Source: Phoronis australis (lineage: Eukaryota > Animalia > Phoronida). From it: a DNA stretch of 64,000 bases. This document shows, one piece after another, positions 1 to 13,711 of the stretch. The DNA is taken from assembly GCA_002633005.1 (NCBI GenBank), contig NMRA01000486.1, forward strand, positions 183,251-247,250, given 5' to 3'. Under the pieces are notes generated by a model. The model was not told the origin of the DNA, did no database searches, and saw nothing but the letters and a program-made list of their open reading frames with translations. Position 1 is the first letter of the stretch; each line of letters starts with the position of its first letter. The position numbers and the translations under genes are program-made.

Positions 1-352
1 CGTGTAACATACAGTAGAAATTTCTTTTAATGCACCACCTGGTGGTTTTACTGAGAAACGGTCCATTACCCAATGTGCCAATGTAATGTATGAGATATGT
101 GTGTGTCTACGGTGATGAGGTTGAAGGACTTCTGCTTACGTCATTTAGACTTTTTGTCACACCATGAAGAATTCACACATCTTCATTACACCATACAGAA
201 TAGCTGACTTTCGAAATAGCCGCGCCATAGGGAAGTCTTGCCAAATGGTTGTCGGATGTTTGGTGGACAGGCATTCAGTGCCACCTACAGATCCTGTAAT
301 GGTGATGGGAGGTTTGAACCTACTGGGGTGAATAGTGTTTGAACACCTTTTC

Positions 353-467
353 CAGGGGCGGATCCAGGATTTGAGTTAGAGGGGGCCAGGGCAGAGTATT
401 GGCAAGGATTTTGCCCGTTGGACATTCTGGCCCACTTGCCCCCCCCCCCCCTCTAAATCCGCCACTG
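353..467. mobile_element. Short MITE with CAG(G/T)GGCGGAT terminal inverted repeats
   Basis: Left end CAGGGGCGGATCCAG, right end CTAAATCCGCCACTG; TTTTC directly flanks both sides (possible 5-bp TSD). Termini resemble the hAT element at 13712-15980. Confidence 0.7.
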
Positions 468-482
468 TTTTCTGCTACCGTA

Positions 483-620
483 ATGCAAGTAAATTTCTAC
501 TGTTGCACGGTGGGGTGTACTGATGGCTTGCCGAAAAAGGCAAACCTCGTGAAATATCCGTGGAAGTGAAGGGCATCGTGTTTCAGAAATTTCCCACTGC
601 AAAGAAGATTCCGCACCTTG
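483..620 (+). pseudogene. Possible THAP zinc-finger N-terminal remnant (transposon-derived), broken and truncated
   Basis: Reads MQVNFYCCTVGCTDG...YPWK* and, in another frame, KGIVFQKFPTAKKIPHL. This resembles the M-x-C-x-V-x-G-C ... F-x-x-F-P start of THAP domains. It ends just before the LINE. Confidence 0.35.
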
Positions 621-689
621 CTATGTCGGGGTGCCAACTGACAAAGTGGAAGTAATTTCGATCCCAGCCGATGTCAAAAGGCTAGAAAA

Positions 690-3600
690 TTAGTGAACTT
701 AACATAATTGAACAATATACATGGCATAATAGTTCTTACAGATTACAAAGCAGAATTGACTACTGGTTGGTTTCAAAGAACTTCATAGATCATCTGAATT
801 GTTCCATTAAAAGTGATTATAATTTTTCGGATCACTCGGTAGTCAAACTTCATTGTTCACTTAAAGAATCTGTACCGAGAGGGCCTGGATTATGGAAAAT
901 TAACTATAGTCTTTTCGAAGATGAAGAATATGTAACTAACTTAAAAATAATTATAAATACCTGTGTTGAAGAGTATGTTTATCTAAGTAATAAACATACC
1001 AAAAATGAAAATTAAGGAATATACTATGACATACTCAAAAAGAAAAAAAAGAAATTAGAAAATGCTGAGGAAGAGAAATTGATTGAAATTATCAACAACT
1101 CAACAGGAGAACTAAATGATGGTAGAATTGATGATGGAATTGTACCAGGATTTGGAAAGAGCCAAGACCAATTTGCAACGTATACAAACTCATAGAGTAC
1201 GTGGACAAATGTTAAGAAGTAAAGCCCAGTTAATTGAGGAAGGGGAGAGTAGCCCAAAAGTTTTTGCCTCATTGGATAAAAGAAATTTAAGAAAAAGTGT
1301 ATAAGTATCCTTAAAAATAATAATGGGCACTTGATAAGAGATCATGCTGAAATCAGGTCAGAATTGACTCATAATTACTCCTCTGTTTTCACAGATCGTC
1401 AAATGGAAACAACATCCACTATACCAGATCTATTTAATATCACCACCAGTGATGTACCATCCAGTGATTTTGAAGAACTGGATGAACCTTTAAGAGTGGG
1501 TGAATTTTATGAAGTTTTAAAAACTTGTAAAAATAATAAGTCTCCAGAAAATGACGGGCTAACTTATGAATTTTATAAATGCTCCTGGCATGAACTTAAA
1601 AACTCTTTACTTGAAGCTTTTGAATATAGTTTTTCAGTGGGGGAATTATCTACGTCACAGAGACAAGGAGCAATAACGCTCCTACCTAAGTCAAAAGATG
1701 ATGTCGAGCTCCAGTCCTTGGATAATTGGTGTCCAATATCTCTATTGAATACTGATTATAAAATACTTACAAAAGTTTTTAAATAATATCATGGGAAACC
1801 TGGTTCATCCAGGTCAAACAGCTGTTAAAGGACGATATATGGGATACAATATTCGCATCATTCAGGATATAATTTTTTATACAAACATTACTGATGGTCA
1901 AGGACACATTTTAATTTGTACTTTTGTAAGGCATATGACACAATAAAGTGGGACTTTATTTTTTCAAGATTTGAAGGATTTTAATTTTGGACAGGGTTTT
2001 ACACGATGGGTAGAAATAATCTATAATAAACCAACTACTTGTGTTGTCAATAATGGTTTTACAACAAATTATTTTCGTTTAGAAAGAGGTGTAAGACAGG
2101 GTGATTCATTGCCGGGTCCATTATTTTGCCTAGCTGTTGAAGTTATGGCCAATTACATATGAAAGTGTAATTTAATTAAAGGCATAAATGTTGAGAAAAC
2201 TGAAGTTAAAATTCTCCAGTATGCAGATGACACCACCTTATATCTTCATGACAAATACTCTGGCATGAATTATCTCAAATTTTTAGAACATTTTGGTTTA
2301 CTCTCTGGTATGCAGGTTGAATATGAAGAAATGTGAAGGGTTATATTTAGGTCGAGAAAAAGTGTTGTGAACCACTTTATGGCTTCAAGTCAACTGGCAA
2401 ACCAATCAAGAGTCTGGGAATATTTTTTAGTCATAACAAAAAAGAAAATGATTTTTTAAATCTTAACTCAAAATTAAGTCCTTTAAAAAGTCTCTTGATG
2501 TCTGGAAAAGTCGCAATATTTCATTGTTAGGAAGGATCAATGTAATTAAAACATTGGCGCTGTCTAAAATAATTTATGTGATGAGCAATTTAGGAATTGA
2601 CAGCGAACGCAAAGCTAAAATAAATACTATGATAAAATTTTGTTTGGCAAAATAAACCACCTAGAATTAGAAAAAATGTGGCTTTAAATACCCATGAAAA
2701 TGGTGGTTTGTCAGTTCCTGATATAAATATTATGTACAAGTCATTACTAGTTAAGTGGGTTACGCGTTGCTTAGATGGAAACAATGAAGTTTTCAAAGTG
2801 TTTCCAGGGTATGTTTTCAAAACATATGGAGGTATTTTGATCTTTAAATCAAATTATGATTGTAATTTGCTGTCTCTTGCAAATATTTATACCTTCTATC
2901 TTGACATCTTGATTGCTTGGTAAGAAATTTGTGCTCATTTACATAAGGACATAACAATTGTAAACCAAGTGGTGTGGAATAACAAAAACATATTGATTAA
3001 TAGGAGGAATGTATTCTTTGATAGTTTCTTTGAGGCTGGTGTTATTTTTGAGAAGGATCTTTTGAATTTTGAAAATAAATTTCTGATTGGGAGGTTTTGA
3101 AAAATAGATATAACCTTTCAAATTGGATTCATTATGTTGCTTTGAGACGTGCAATTAAGTTGAAAGCTGGTCCTTAGATTTCTAAATGCATATATCCCCA
3201 GTCAAGCCAAATTACTAATGTATTTTCTAGAAATATTTTGCTTTCCAAAATTGCTTTGCCATCTGATATAGAGTACAGCTTAACTGAAATTTACTCTAGA
3301 CAACAAATTAAACAAATTTATGTTCTTCCACACAAACTCTTGTTACCTCCTTATGTTAAAACTTTTAGATATTTCTATATTCATAGAAAGGTGTTTAAAT
3401 AACTTAATTTGAAAAAGATGAACTTAGTGATGACAAGTGTGCATCTTGTGGAACTGTTGAGACTTTTAACCGTATGTTTGTGGAATGTGGTTCTGTGAAA
3501 ACTTTGTGGTGTGAAATTCAGAAAGTTACGTAACTGCACAACACGATTTAATCTTAGATAAAAATGTTATTTTGACAGCATATTTTGGATGTAAGTTTGA

Positions 3601-3872
3601 ACAAAGATATCAGTATCATATTAACTACTTGCCAGTATTCCATTCGTAAATGTTCTAGAGACCAGATTATTCCTAGATATTCACAATTTCAATGTTTCTT
3701 GTATAATTATTGTAAAGTAAGAAATATACAACCCCGCAAAAATGCCTTTTGGGAAACCCTCAATACTTATTTAGATTAGATCAACCATGAAGTGCTATTT
3801 CTATTAGTTAGATGTGTGCGTGTGTACGTGTGTGTGTGTGTGCCTGTGTGTGTGTGTGTGCCTGTGTGTGCG

Positions 3873-3912
<40 letters not shown>

Positions 3913-3970
3913 TTTCATTTGCATATATCTCATTGTTGTATATCTTAGTGTATTTAGAAATAAAATGTTA
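690..3970 (+). mobile_element. Decayed, 5'-truncated non-LTR retrotransposon (L1/Tx1-type ORF2: APE endonuclease end, RT, C-terminal Cys motif), many stops and frameshifts
   Basis: Endonuclease motifs YTW...SRIDYWLVS...SDHS (~715-840) and RGPGLWKINYSL; RT motifs KSPENDGLTYEFYK, NWCPISLLNTDYKIL, GVRQGDSLPGPLF, ILQYADDTTL (~2211-2240); CASC...ETFNRMFVEC (~3438-3488); 3' UTR with TG repeats. Confidence 0.93.
3813..3912. repeat. (TG)n / (TGCCTG)n microsatellite in the LINE 3' region
   Basis: Directly visible tandem TG and TGCCTG units. Confidence 0.95.
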
Positions 3971-4320
3971 ATATGGGACAGACTAACAATGGGATTTATT
4001 CCTCTGTTTTTAGATTAATGAACCACTATGTAGTAATTGAATTTCCGTCCACCTGAATCTGACTCGCGATCAAGCAGAAGTGAATTTCACGCTCTCATTA
4101 TTCTAGCGAGCGCCCATCAAGGCTTGGAATTTTCCCCGGAAACGCGGATTTCTGCTATTTTGTTTTATTCCCTCCGCGTATTTTCGTTATGTTTCCGCGA
4201 AAAAATCGGATTTGCCATAAAATTATCATGGCAAATTGGTTTCTCACTGCGACGTTGCCGATGACTCGAAAAGGGGAAACTGCTCTTTGTGTTTCAGAGG
4301 AATGAAAATTGTAATTGCAT

Positions 4321-4430
4321 CACAGGCGCTCGAATTTCCCGATGACTCGCAACCATATTAAGAAACATGTTTCCTTAGTAGTGAGTGACGTCAGTGGCAA
4401 TTGAGGAACAGATAAATTCAAACGCCTGTG
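4321..4430. mobile_element. 110-bp MITE with CAC...GTG ends (family D)
   Basis: TIRs CACAGGCGCTCGAATT / AATTCAAACGCCTGTG; second copy at 43733-43845. Confidence 0.7.
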
Positions 4431-5613
4431 CCTGGGATAGCGTGGTTCATCAATGGCGTCTGCATTTGGTATAAAATCGCGGTGACAAACAGTGCGATTC
4501 TGCAGTCAATAAGCGTGGAGCGTGGAGTAGACTGAATATTTCGTGGAAAAAGTGGATAAAAGAAACGATCAATGTCTTCACAAACAACTTAAGTCAAGGT
4601 TTGTGCTCTGTAAACTTTGACAGAGGAACAATTACGGAGTGCGTGGCCGAGTCGCCTTGGACTAAGTTGGAGTCGGAGGACCGACTGAAAACTATGAAAC
4701 ACTAGAAATAACAAAGCCTCCTGAAAGGAAATTCAACCGTTACTGTTTATTTGTTGGTTCGGAATCGTGGGATGTGAGTGATGTTTGAAATTCTTTTGTT
4801 TGATCCCACATGCTTGTCCGTTGTTGTTGGCCGCTACTGCTAGGCCTGACCGCCTCAGGACTGCGATTTTCTATGTGCCGCCGAAACGGGATACAAAGTG
4901 CTATTTTCGTTACTGCAAATGTGTTATAAATTGCCTTTTATTTAACTATTTCAATTTATTGTGACATTTTTAGTGTTCTATTTTGTGACTCGAGTTTTGC
5001 AGTTCGAGAGAAGTGATCACGTGACACATTCTGAATGATTTGATTGGTCTAAGCCATTGTTTACAAATTCTGCCAGCCTATTTTCAGTGTCCTGGTAGTT
5101 ATTTCTTGTCACATAGTTTCTTCTATACCAGCGTGGCTTATGAACAACTAACTCATGTAATTACTGTTTGAAACTGAAAAGTTTGGCCAACTTACCATTG
5201 TGATTGATGCATTCTATAGTTTAAAGTATGTTGTTTTTGACTTTCATTTTTCCATGCTAACAGTTGGGGTATGAGCCAGTTTTTTTTTCATTTGCGTTGG
5301 AATTAATTTTTTTGTTGGAATTAAATGTGTATGTATGTCAGGCTTTCTAGATAATACATGGATCGATTTTCAAAATTTTTTTGTAGTTTTTTATCGTAAT
5401 TATAAGAATTGAAAATAACTTTATAGATCTCCCTGCAGCAAATCAAAAATAAGCTCCTGCCACTTACACTGCAAATTTTTCATCATTATCTTTATTATTT
5501 TAATTTTAAAAAATGTCTTGTTGCATCTAATTGCCTTTATTGTTGTTGCTGAAATAGATGTCAGGTACTGCTTGAGATGAGTGCGTTTTGCCAACACGAC
5601 ACAGTAACAGGAC

Positions 5614-6643
5614 CAGGCCTTCATGCAGCGTACGTCCTGGGCGTCCAAATGGACGCCCTAGCACTAATGTAGACGCCCTGGCAAGGACGCCCAATGTATC
5701 ATTTGGACGCCCTGTCAATCAGAATTTCTCTAGTTTGGACACCCGCATTGAAAAATTACTAAGACTCCCAGTTAATCAAAGCACGAAGATGGCCCTTTCA
5801 ACTCCGAAAGAAATATACAAAGTGTTTAAAATGTTGCAATATTCAAACTATTTGGTAGACCTGTCAATCATTAGCACGTGGTTGGTTGCCAGAGTGTCTG
5901 CTTTCAATAAAGTCACATGCCATTGCCATTCTCTACTTTATATAGGGACATGGACCTTGCTCAACTCCAAACTGGTGTTTCAGAGCTGTAATTTCATGTA
6001 CTTCATCTTTTTTAAAAAATACCAAAAGCAAAATAAATGTCATTATTTTAATAATATGATGTGCCGCAAGAATATCCCCATTTAAAATGTTTGAGTTTTC
6101 GCCTGTTTCATGCTTTTCTATGTGCGTCTAAAATGGAGCAGCAGTGACACCTGTTGTCAAAATATAAACCACACATCATCTGTGCATTTTTCTTTTGTTG
6201 GTAACTGCAGCTCTGATGACTCATTGTACAGAATATAACGCTAGTGAAGTTGATATAATAAACTTTATAACAGAATTTGACTTGAGATGACCAAAAACAG
6301 TGCACTCATCGTTCAACCAATATCTGTTATATCTGTAATACCCGTTTGGTAAGCTATTTGGCTGTTTTTGTAAATTTAAACATAAAAGTCTTGATCAACA
6401 GTATTTTAGTACTTAAAAAAGCCCAATACAAGGGAGCTGTTTTTGTAAACTTAGGTGTAAAAGCCTTGTTCAACGCATTTTTTAATTGTAAAAAAACCTC
6501 ACTGTGTGTGTTGGGGAGGGGGGGGGTTACTGGTGAATGGGGTGGGGAGGGGGGGGTAATGCGGCGTTGGAATCATGGACGCCCTGGAATATTGGGAACC
6601 CCATTTTGGACACCCTATGTTCGAAATCCTAGATGAAGCCCTG
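5614..6643. mobile_element. hAT-type non-autonomous element nested in family A
   Basis: TIRs CAGGCCTTCAT / ATGAAGCCCTG, subterminal GGACGCCC repeats at both ends, perfect 8-bp TSD AACAGGAC. Confidence 0.85.
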
Positions 6644-6963
6644 AACAGGACATCTTGTGATGATAATGTTTACTGTCGATCTGTTGAGGTATGTGTATTT
6701 AGGGCCGTAAAAATTTCCTCTTTTTTCATCATGGGTCATTCCAAGCCCTGGTCTATACGGAAAGGCTGCTATTGGGCCCCACTGTGTTACTTTAGTTTAC
6801 ACTGTGAGGCATTACAAAGAGAACAGCATTCTTTCTGAGCAGCAAATAATTGATAAGCATCTACTTATAGCCAAGATTTTTATTTGTATTTGATCTGATG
6901 TCAGTGTTAACAGCCAGTGAGTTGTCTGTGTGAAGAAAACACGAGTTATGCTTATAATTTCAG

Positions 6964-9173
6964 TACACAACCGTCGAATTACTCTGTGGAAGATTTCCAG
7001 CGTGACGAAGCTCTTGATTGTCGAGTGGTGGAACTAATTCGGGATGACATCCTACCTTATGCAAACAGTCTCCCAAAAGAATTTGTTAAGAAAGTTATTA
7101 GTATTCTAAACAAGGGATCCATACACAGTGCCACACCAGGTTCATTCTTAGGTAAGTTTGTGTGAACTCATTACGAGTATCTCTTGCCTAGTGTCTTCTT
7201 CAGTTTTCTAATCCAGATATCAAACTAGCATTCCCACAGTCCTTTCGTTGGGCACCATGGGCAAGCATATTCTCTACCACACTTCAAGGAGTAGCCCAAT
7301 GGAATTGCAGTGTTTTATTACAAGGCAGTCGTCGCTAATGTTGCAATTGATTTGGTCACACACAAGGAATCTAGATAAGTAATTGAGATTTTGATGCTAG
7401 CACTTCTTGTAGAAATCTTAAAATGAAGTACAAGGTGTGAAAAGGGCCAAGTTTAATGATAATGGTTTGTGTGAAGGCTTGCTTTGCTTGTGTAATGTAG
7501 TACCATGGACACAAAATGGCTACGCGTCACCTGCATGGTATAGTCAGAAGTCGTGTCAAAGTGGAGCTGAATTTTTTGAGCTGTAAATGCTTCGGCCATG
7601 AATTTAAAAAGTGCAAACAAGTGTTACATTGCTGGTAGGAAGTGGGAAGGTGTTGTTCTAAATCCATCAGACGTTTTTAAAATGTCCTTTGACTTCATTA
7701 GAGCTAGTGTAGTTACCATCAAATTTCTGTCTAGTCACCTGAAGTTCTTTCTTACAGATACTGGACCCAGTGTAAAGTTGCGTGAGGAGTTTGCTAAGGC
7801 CTGCTTCGAGACATTACTGCAGTTTTCTTTCGTCTCTGATCGGTCATCCAACTCATCAGAGGGTACAAAACTGGCTGTGTCTTCGCTGCTACAGCGATGT
7901 CAGGAAGTCATCAAGAAGTTTGTGGAAGATGAAAAGTTGACCGGGAAGTGTCCTTTACCCAGGTCTGTACTTCGAAATGTGTTCAATTGAATTGCTTGCA
8001 ATACTAGAGGAGCAGTAAACCGGCGCCCTCTGTCTGTGTACAACTGTTAGTTTAGACTACTTGCTGTTATAAACTTGGTCTCACTTTGTTCCTCACTCAG
8101 ATTAGAAACAATTTGTTGAGTTGAGATGGACTGGTTGTTATTGCTTCAGACAACAATGTTTACTGGTGCTGGTTACCAGTGAGGGATTGGCAGGTTGTTG
8201 GTTGTTGAATAGTGGAGCACTCTATGATGAAATAGATACACTGTTTAGACTTAATTGTTAGCATGACCTTGACCTTTTATATAATTCTGCTATCAACAAA
8301 CAGTTCTCTTGAAAGGTATTGCAGGCTTCTAAAAATATGAAAATGTTACTTTAAGCAATTGTTTTGATATTGGAGACTTGACCATTGTTTGGCTTGTGTT
8401 TAATGTTACAACTAGTTTTACGAACCAGATTATCATTGTTTTTGCTACCAGCAAAAACTTCTACAAAATGTATTTAAACCTGTCAACATTTACAATTTTG
8501 TTTCAGAACAAGAATGGCAGAAATTGAGTTTGTACTGAAAGCCATCTGTACTTTGCTAATCACCCTGAAGAGGGCTCCACCAACCAATGGTAGGTGTAAT
8601 TTTTCAAGTGTTTGATTGATGAGTCCTGTGATATTGAGAAGCAGCTTTGTTTTCACTAATGGGAGGAATTACCTATTCTGGGTATTTAGCATTGTATTTA
8701 GCATTGTATTTAGCATTGTATTTAGCATTGTATTTAGCATTGTATTTAGCATTGTATAGCATTGTATTTAGCATTGTATTTAGCATTGTATTTAGCATTG
8801 TATTTAGCATTGTATTTAGCATTGTATTTAGCATTGTACCCTGTGTAATAACAAACTTCTGCGCATCATTTTTGTGGAGTTGCTTAGTTTTCGGTAATCG
8901 TACAAATTTGAAACTGCTTGATTCCAGTCCGTTCCAAAATATTTCTTTAGTCTTTGAAAACCTGTGAGGGCTTGCAGTTCCTTTAAATCTAACCCTATGA
9001 TGTGTGGTATTGTTTCAGTCGAGCCCGCTATATGGACACAAGTGATTCAGATCTACCCGTCATTGGTTGATTGTACCACATCGGGCTCTCCTGAGATTTG
9101 CCACGCCCTCAGAGATACGTTGCGGCAGTATAAAGACCTTCTAGCACCACCTGGACTCCATAATGGAGTTTAG
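6964..9173 (+). CDS. MON2: Protein MON2 homolog, last four coding exons (5' part not found in window)
   Basis: Exons 6964-7151, 7758-7962, 8507-8589, 9019-9173(TAG), all AG/GT and in phase. Protein ...FQRDEALDCRVVELIRDDILPYANSLPKEFVKKVISILNKGSIHS...LREEFAKACFETLLQFSF...EDEKLTGKCPLPRTRMAEIEFVLKAI...WTQVIQIYPSLVDC...HNGV* matches the MON2 C-terminus. Confidence 0.95.
8682..8838. repeat. 12-bp tandem repeat (GTATTTAGCATT), ~13 copies, in last MON2 intron
   Basis: Directly visible; one unit carries a short deletion. Confidence 0.95.
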
Positions 9174-10494
9174 AATTACCTTACAGTGTTGACCTCATTG
9201 TTGAGCAGATCTTGCACCGACATAGTCTTCAAAGTTGAAGAATGGTTAAATGGGGTGCTAGTTAAAATAAAAATGAAATTTGCCTCCTCTTGCGCAGCCA
9301 GCCGCAAGATATGTACGTGAGGAAAAACTCTTAGTTTGTAATATCACTAATTACTCTTTTCAGTTGCATTAATACTTTTGAATATTTTTGCAACAAAAAT
9401 TTCCAATTTACCTGTCAACTTTCCCGTCTTGTTAGAATGAGGCCAAAGTGGAACAAGAGGGTCTATGGTATTCTCAACAATTTAGGACAAAACATTCCGC
9501 TCAGTGTCTGAAGTCATGCTTTCGTAAGTTGGCGTAGGTTACTGGGGATGGCCACATGTTTACATCAGCTTGACGTTTGATTTACACCAGTTATTAGCCG
9601 TCAGCTGTCTGTGAGTGGAATGTGCCTGAGCATTCGGTTATTTCAACTGTTTCATTTTTCTCATATAATTTTGAAAGTTAATTATAAATTACTTAATATG
9701 TCAACCACAACAGTATGTTTTTGGTCAAAATCGCCTCACATGTGCCAAAGAAACGCCCACATTTCCATAAATTGGTCCACTGAAGAACAGCACTGTGGCC
9801 TGGCATACAGATGATGTCATCACCCTGGCTCAAGTTACCAGTTGTGTTAACAAACCAGGCAATAGCATCCTACCCTTGTGGAGTGAGTTCAGAGCCTGAG
9901 CAAAATGATATCGCTGACGAGTGATTTTTCTCATTTTATCTGTAAAAGGCCTGTGCCATGCCGTCAAATAAAGGCTTTATGACTTTTAAGTTCTGCACCA
10001 TAGGCACCATGTTACACCATAGACACTATCAGATGGGAAATTGTTTGGCATTCACTATTATGTTAGAAGCCTCTGAAAAATTAAATATGTCAACTTAGGC
10101 AATTGTTTTGTCCGAAATTGGTGAGACTCTACCGTAATTCTCACTGCATATAGGGAAGAAAGTGTTTGCGTAAAATTACCGATGTATGTCAGTTATATGA
10201 AGGATTGCGCTTAATGTTGTGCTAAATCTAAGCAGTCAGCCGTGTGTGTTTCACTATGTTGGTGAATATGATGGTCGGGATCATATGTTGACTCCTCGAG
10301 TTGAACAAAATGATGAGTATTTGCTAACAAACCATCTATTGCAATCTGCGTCTTTCTAGTACACGTAACATCGTGCTCAGTTATTGGGGCATGAAGGTAT
10401 TAGACGCAGCCATTTTGAAATACCGTTTCGTTATTTATTCATATTGCCGAAAGAAATCGACACCGGTGTTAAATGGACTTAATTGTGCTGTGTA

Positions 10495-10635
10495 TACGGT
10501 AAACTGGTGAGTTAACACCCAGGGCGCTTAAATTGGGAAATCCTGAGATGAGGTGGGCGCTTTAGCCGAAAACTGACAAAAAGTCGGGGATGGCCGATTA
10601 CTCGGACATGGGCGTTAACCCGTGAGTTTGCGGTA
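10495..10635 (-). mobile_element. TA-flanked MITE (TACCGTAAA...GGGCGTTAACCCG family)
   Basis: Ends TACGGTAAACTGGTGAGTTAACACCC / GGGCGTTAACCCGTGAGTTTGCGGTA; homologous to 19448-19648 and 50339-50555. Confidence 0.75.
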
Positions 10636-10837
10636 CATTGCAATTCCTCTGTTCGAGTGTTAATGGTTGTAGCACAAAGTTGGCTCAAAGCAGACACTGG
10701 TCAGTACACCTTTCTACTCACACTTGTTTAACAGCATCACACTTGTGCAGTTTAACACATAATTTCTACCCTGTGTGGAGTCTGCTAACTCTGGAATAAA
10801 GTTAGGTATATATAGAATTGGATGTTAAGCATGCAGT

Positions 10838-11066
10838 ACATAAGTGTTGTAAGGAGGCTGTTAAGCTGAACTGCAGTGGTGTAAAGAGGCCTTGGGAAGC
10901 TTAGGCGAGAAGACTGAAGTTTATTTTTACACAAAACTTTCAGTTCTACACATGTACATATTGTTGTAAGGCGACTGTTAAATTGAATCGCTGTGGCGTC
11001 AAGAGGAATTGGGGAGCTGAGTTGAGAAGACTGGGAGTTTATTTTAGCACAACACCTTCAGTCCTA
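10838..11066. repeat. Diverged direct tandem duplication, ~117-bp unit x2
   Basis: TGTTGTAAGG...GAGAAGACTG...TTCAGT(T/C)CTA occurs twice in succession. Confidence 0.7.
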
Positions 11067-12024
11067 TCAGAATTTATGTGTTAGGATTAACAAAAATATC
11101 ACCATTTCTCTAGTATTGTGATTTTTGGAATCCAGGGAGAAATGTATTATGTAACTGGACCTAGTGGTTCTGTTCTCAGTGAGTACAATAAGCCTTTGTG
11201 ACCATTTTACTAGAGGGTTTGCAGACTTGTTTTGGTCTCCACGTGTAATTTTCAAAGTCATAACGTAGTGCTTAGGGCTTTTCCTGGGATTTTAAAACAA
11301 TAGACTTCGCACATAACCTATTCTTGTCCAAGACATTTATTTGGCCATAAGTTTTGGCAAAAGTTAAAAGGGAAACGTTACCGTTTTTGAAGTTTTTTTG
11401 GTCAATTTTGCATGTTTCACTTTTTATGTGTATATTAAGCATTCGTGGTGCATTTTTGTCAAAAACATGTTAGGATGTGATTCCTCAATCATATTTTGAG
11501 AACTTTGTGCTGGTTCGAGTAAATCATGTTTCCCACTTTTTAGTTTTTATTACTGTTCTCAGTGATCAAGACCCACAGACTTTCAGTTACCTAGCCATTT
11601 GCCTTTTGACTTTAGCAATGGAGCCAGAAACTGGTGAATAACACAACAGTGTGTTTTTGTTGTCTGCATTTTGCGGCTTGCTTACTATGCCTCACTTCCA
11701 GTTTGAAGAAATTCTCATGTTGTTTTAATAAAATCAACTAGAAATATGCATTTGATAGGGAGTAAAATTTGCCATATTGACCAAAAATGTCTTCAAAAAG
11801 GTAAGGCTTCTGGTTTCTCAGTTTAATTTTGACAACTGGTCTTTGAGGTCTGTAGGGGGATGTTATACATTCAGATTCACTGTACATGCTTTGTATTTAT
11901 TGATGTTGCTAATCTTTTACAATGTTATAGGCTAAAAATCAATGGGATAAATACTAGTGCTGTAACTGGAGAGGGAATGTTTTAATTGTACTGTTTAATC
12001 TATTTTGTGCTTTGTTGTCACGGC

Positions 12025-12030
12025 AATAAA
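12025..12030 (+). terminator. Candidate MON2 polyadenylation signal
   Basis: AATAAA after TGTA/T-rich 3'UTR-like sequence; other AATAAA sites exist upstream, so the assignment is tentative. Confidence 0.35.
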
Positions 12031-13711
12031 GTTTCAAAGTAACAAAGGCAATATTTTTTTTTAATGTCTCAATGTCAAGGTCTCTTAGAGGCCCTAGTGT
12101 TTGAATAATGAAATTTAAGCTCAGTTAGTACACTTTGGTCACTTTTTTAACAAATTACACATTTTAGAATAATATGAATAATTAAATATCAATATCATAT
12201 TTGAGATAAGCAGAACATTTCAATAATACTGGAGGCTTTAATTTTCAACAAAAATCTTGAAGAATTTCTTGTTTTGCAAGCAAGACAAGTGGAAGTGAAA
12301 TTTTCTGTCAAAATGGTGCAAAGCAAGAACATTTGTGCCTGTTTTTTTTTGTTTGTTTTTGTTGTTTTTGAACAAGGCACTTTTAAAGTTATGTAGCACC
12401 ATAGAAACTTGAATGTCCAAATTTGGCTAATTTCGCAATATCATGTCTCAGAAATGGTTGATCAAATTCATGTGAATCCTTCAGGAACTATGGTTTATGC
12501 ATTGTTCTCCAAAATATTGTTGGGAATAGTTTTTTAATTTCCATTTTTGCATGAAAGGCTATTTTAATGGAAAGTTTATGATTTTCATGAAAGAAATCAA
12601 AAGTTGCTTAAAAACCGAAGATGAAAAGACAATTTAGAAATCTAACATTTTTTTTGAGTTTTAATCTTTAATTTTATTTAAAATGAAATTTGGTCATGTT
12701 CTTTACACTATTTTTTTGCTATCAATGTATCTTGCTAAATTTTCATAAAACAGTCACAATCAACGGAAGACTATAAAGTCAAAATTCTAAAGGCTCTCTG
12801 TTTGCAGAAAATATGCAATTTTGCTCAGTTAAAATCTATAATTTTATTGATTCTTGGCGTTTAAATACACAGACCTGGTGACTGGTGTGTAGAGATTTCC
12901 TAACAGACACACACCTTACAAAAAGGATCTTGTTGATTCAACAAACAACCAGAAGTGCAGTATCGCTGCTCGTACTGAGGGAAGCAGAACGAATGTTACT
13001 TTTTACAGATCTGTTCGCAGATCAAGATTATTTGCTTGAATTTCATGTCTTTTTTTTTCTCCGTCACAGAAGCCTTCAAAAAAGGATTATTGTCTAAAAG
13101 GGTGATAAAACAAGGCTATATTAACTGCCTTGTAGCAAAAATGTGATATAGTATTGAACATTTTAAAGTGAATGGCCCGCTACTTTCCGCGGACTGTGTT
13201 GCCTGGACCATCATTTCACGAATTTTGGTAAAATTTCACAATAAAATTAATTTCTTAAGGAATAATTGCACACTGGCAAAATCATCTGTTACTACAAAAA
13301 ACCTCCCCGTTTGCCATCAAACTCGGCGTCCAGGCGATAACATTTTCACAATCGAGGCTGATCCAGGTATCAATGTAGTTACTGTGCACTGTTGAAGGGC
13401 ACCGGCGCGCTGAACTTCCAGGCCAATATATCTAGCACAGTTACTAAATCCATTCATCATTGGTTATCAATCAACTGAAATATTTTACGCAGTTATTTCG
13501 GTTTAATTTTTATCACATTTCTTCGGTTAAAAATAATCCTAACTCATTTTTTACTCCCAATTTCAGAAGCCAAACCATAGTTCAAAAAATCACCAGAACT
13601 ATTTATTTTGGCCTATGTTATATTCCCGTGAAACCATCATCAATGCCGTAATTACTATACTAAACGCAAAAGAACTTTATATCAGATTCGATTTGAGGAA
13701 GTACAAAAAGG

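Larger units (their letters stand above)
4118..6750 (+). mobile_element. Non-autonomous DNA transposon, family A (CAGGGCTTGGAAT TIRs, 6-bp TSD), carrying nested MITEs
   Basis: Left CAAGGCTTGGAATTTCCCCGGAAACGCGGATT, right GGTCATTCCAAGCCCTG; flanks GCCCAT/GTCTAT (6 bp, two C>T differences). Both ends are homologous to the 42766-43266 copy. Confidence 0.72.

Noticed and set aside
767-3779. Functional reverse transcriptase gene
   Set aside because: ORF2 is fragmented by many stops and frameshifts and is 5'-truncated, so it is an inactive LINE.
8647-8967. Hydrophobic repeat ORFs (YLAL/SIVF here; CVCV at 3812-4018)
   Set aside because: Translations of simple tandem repeats in introns.
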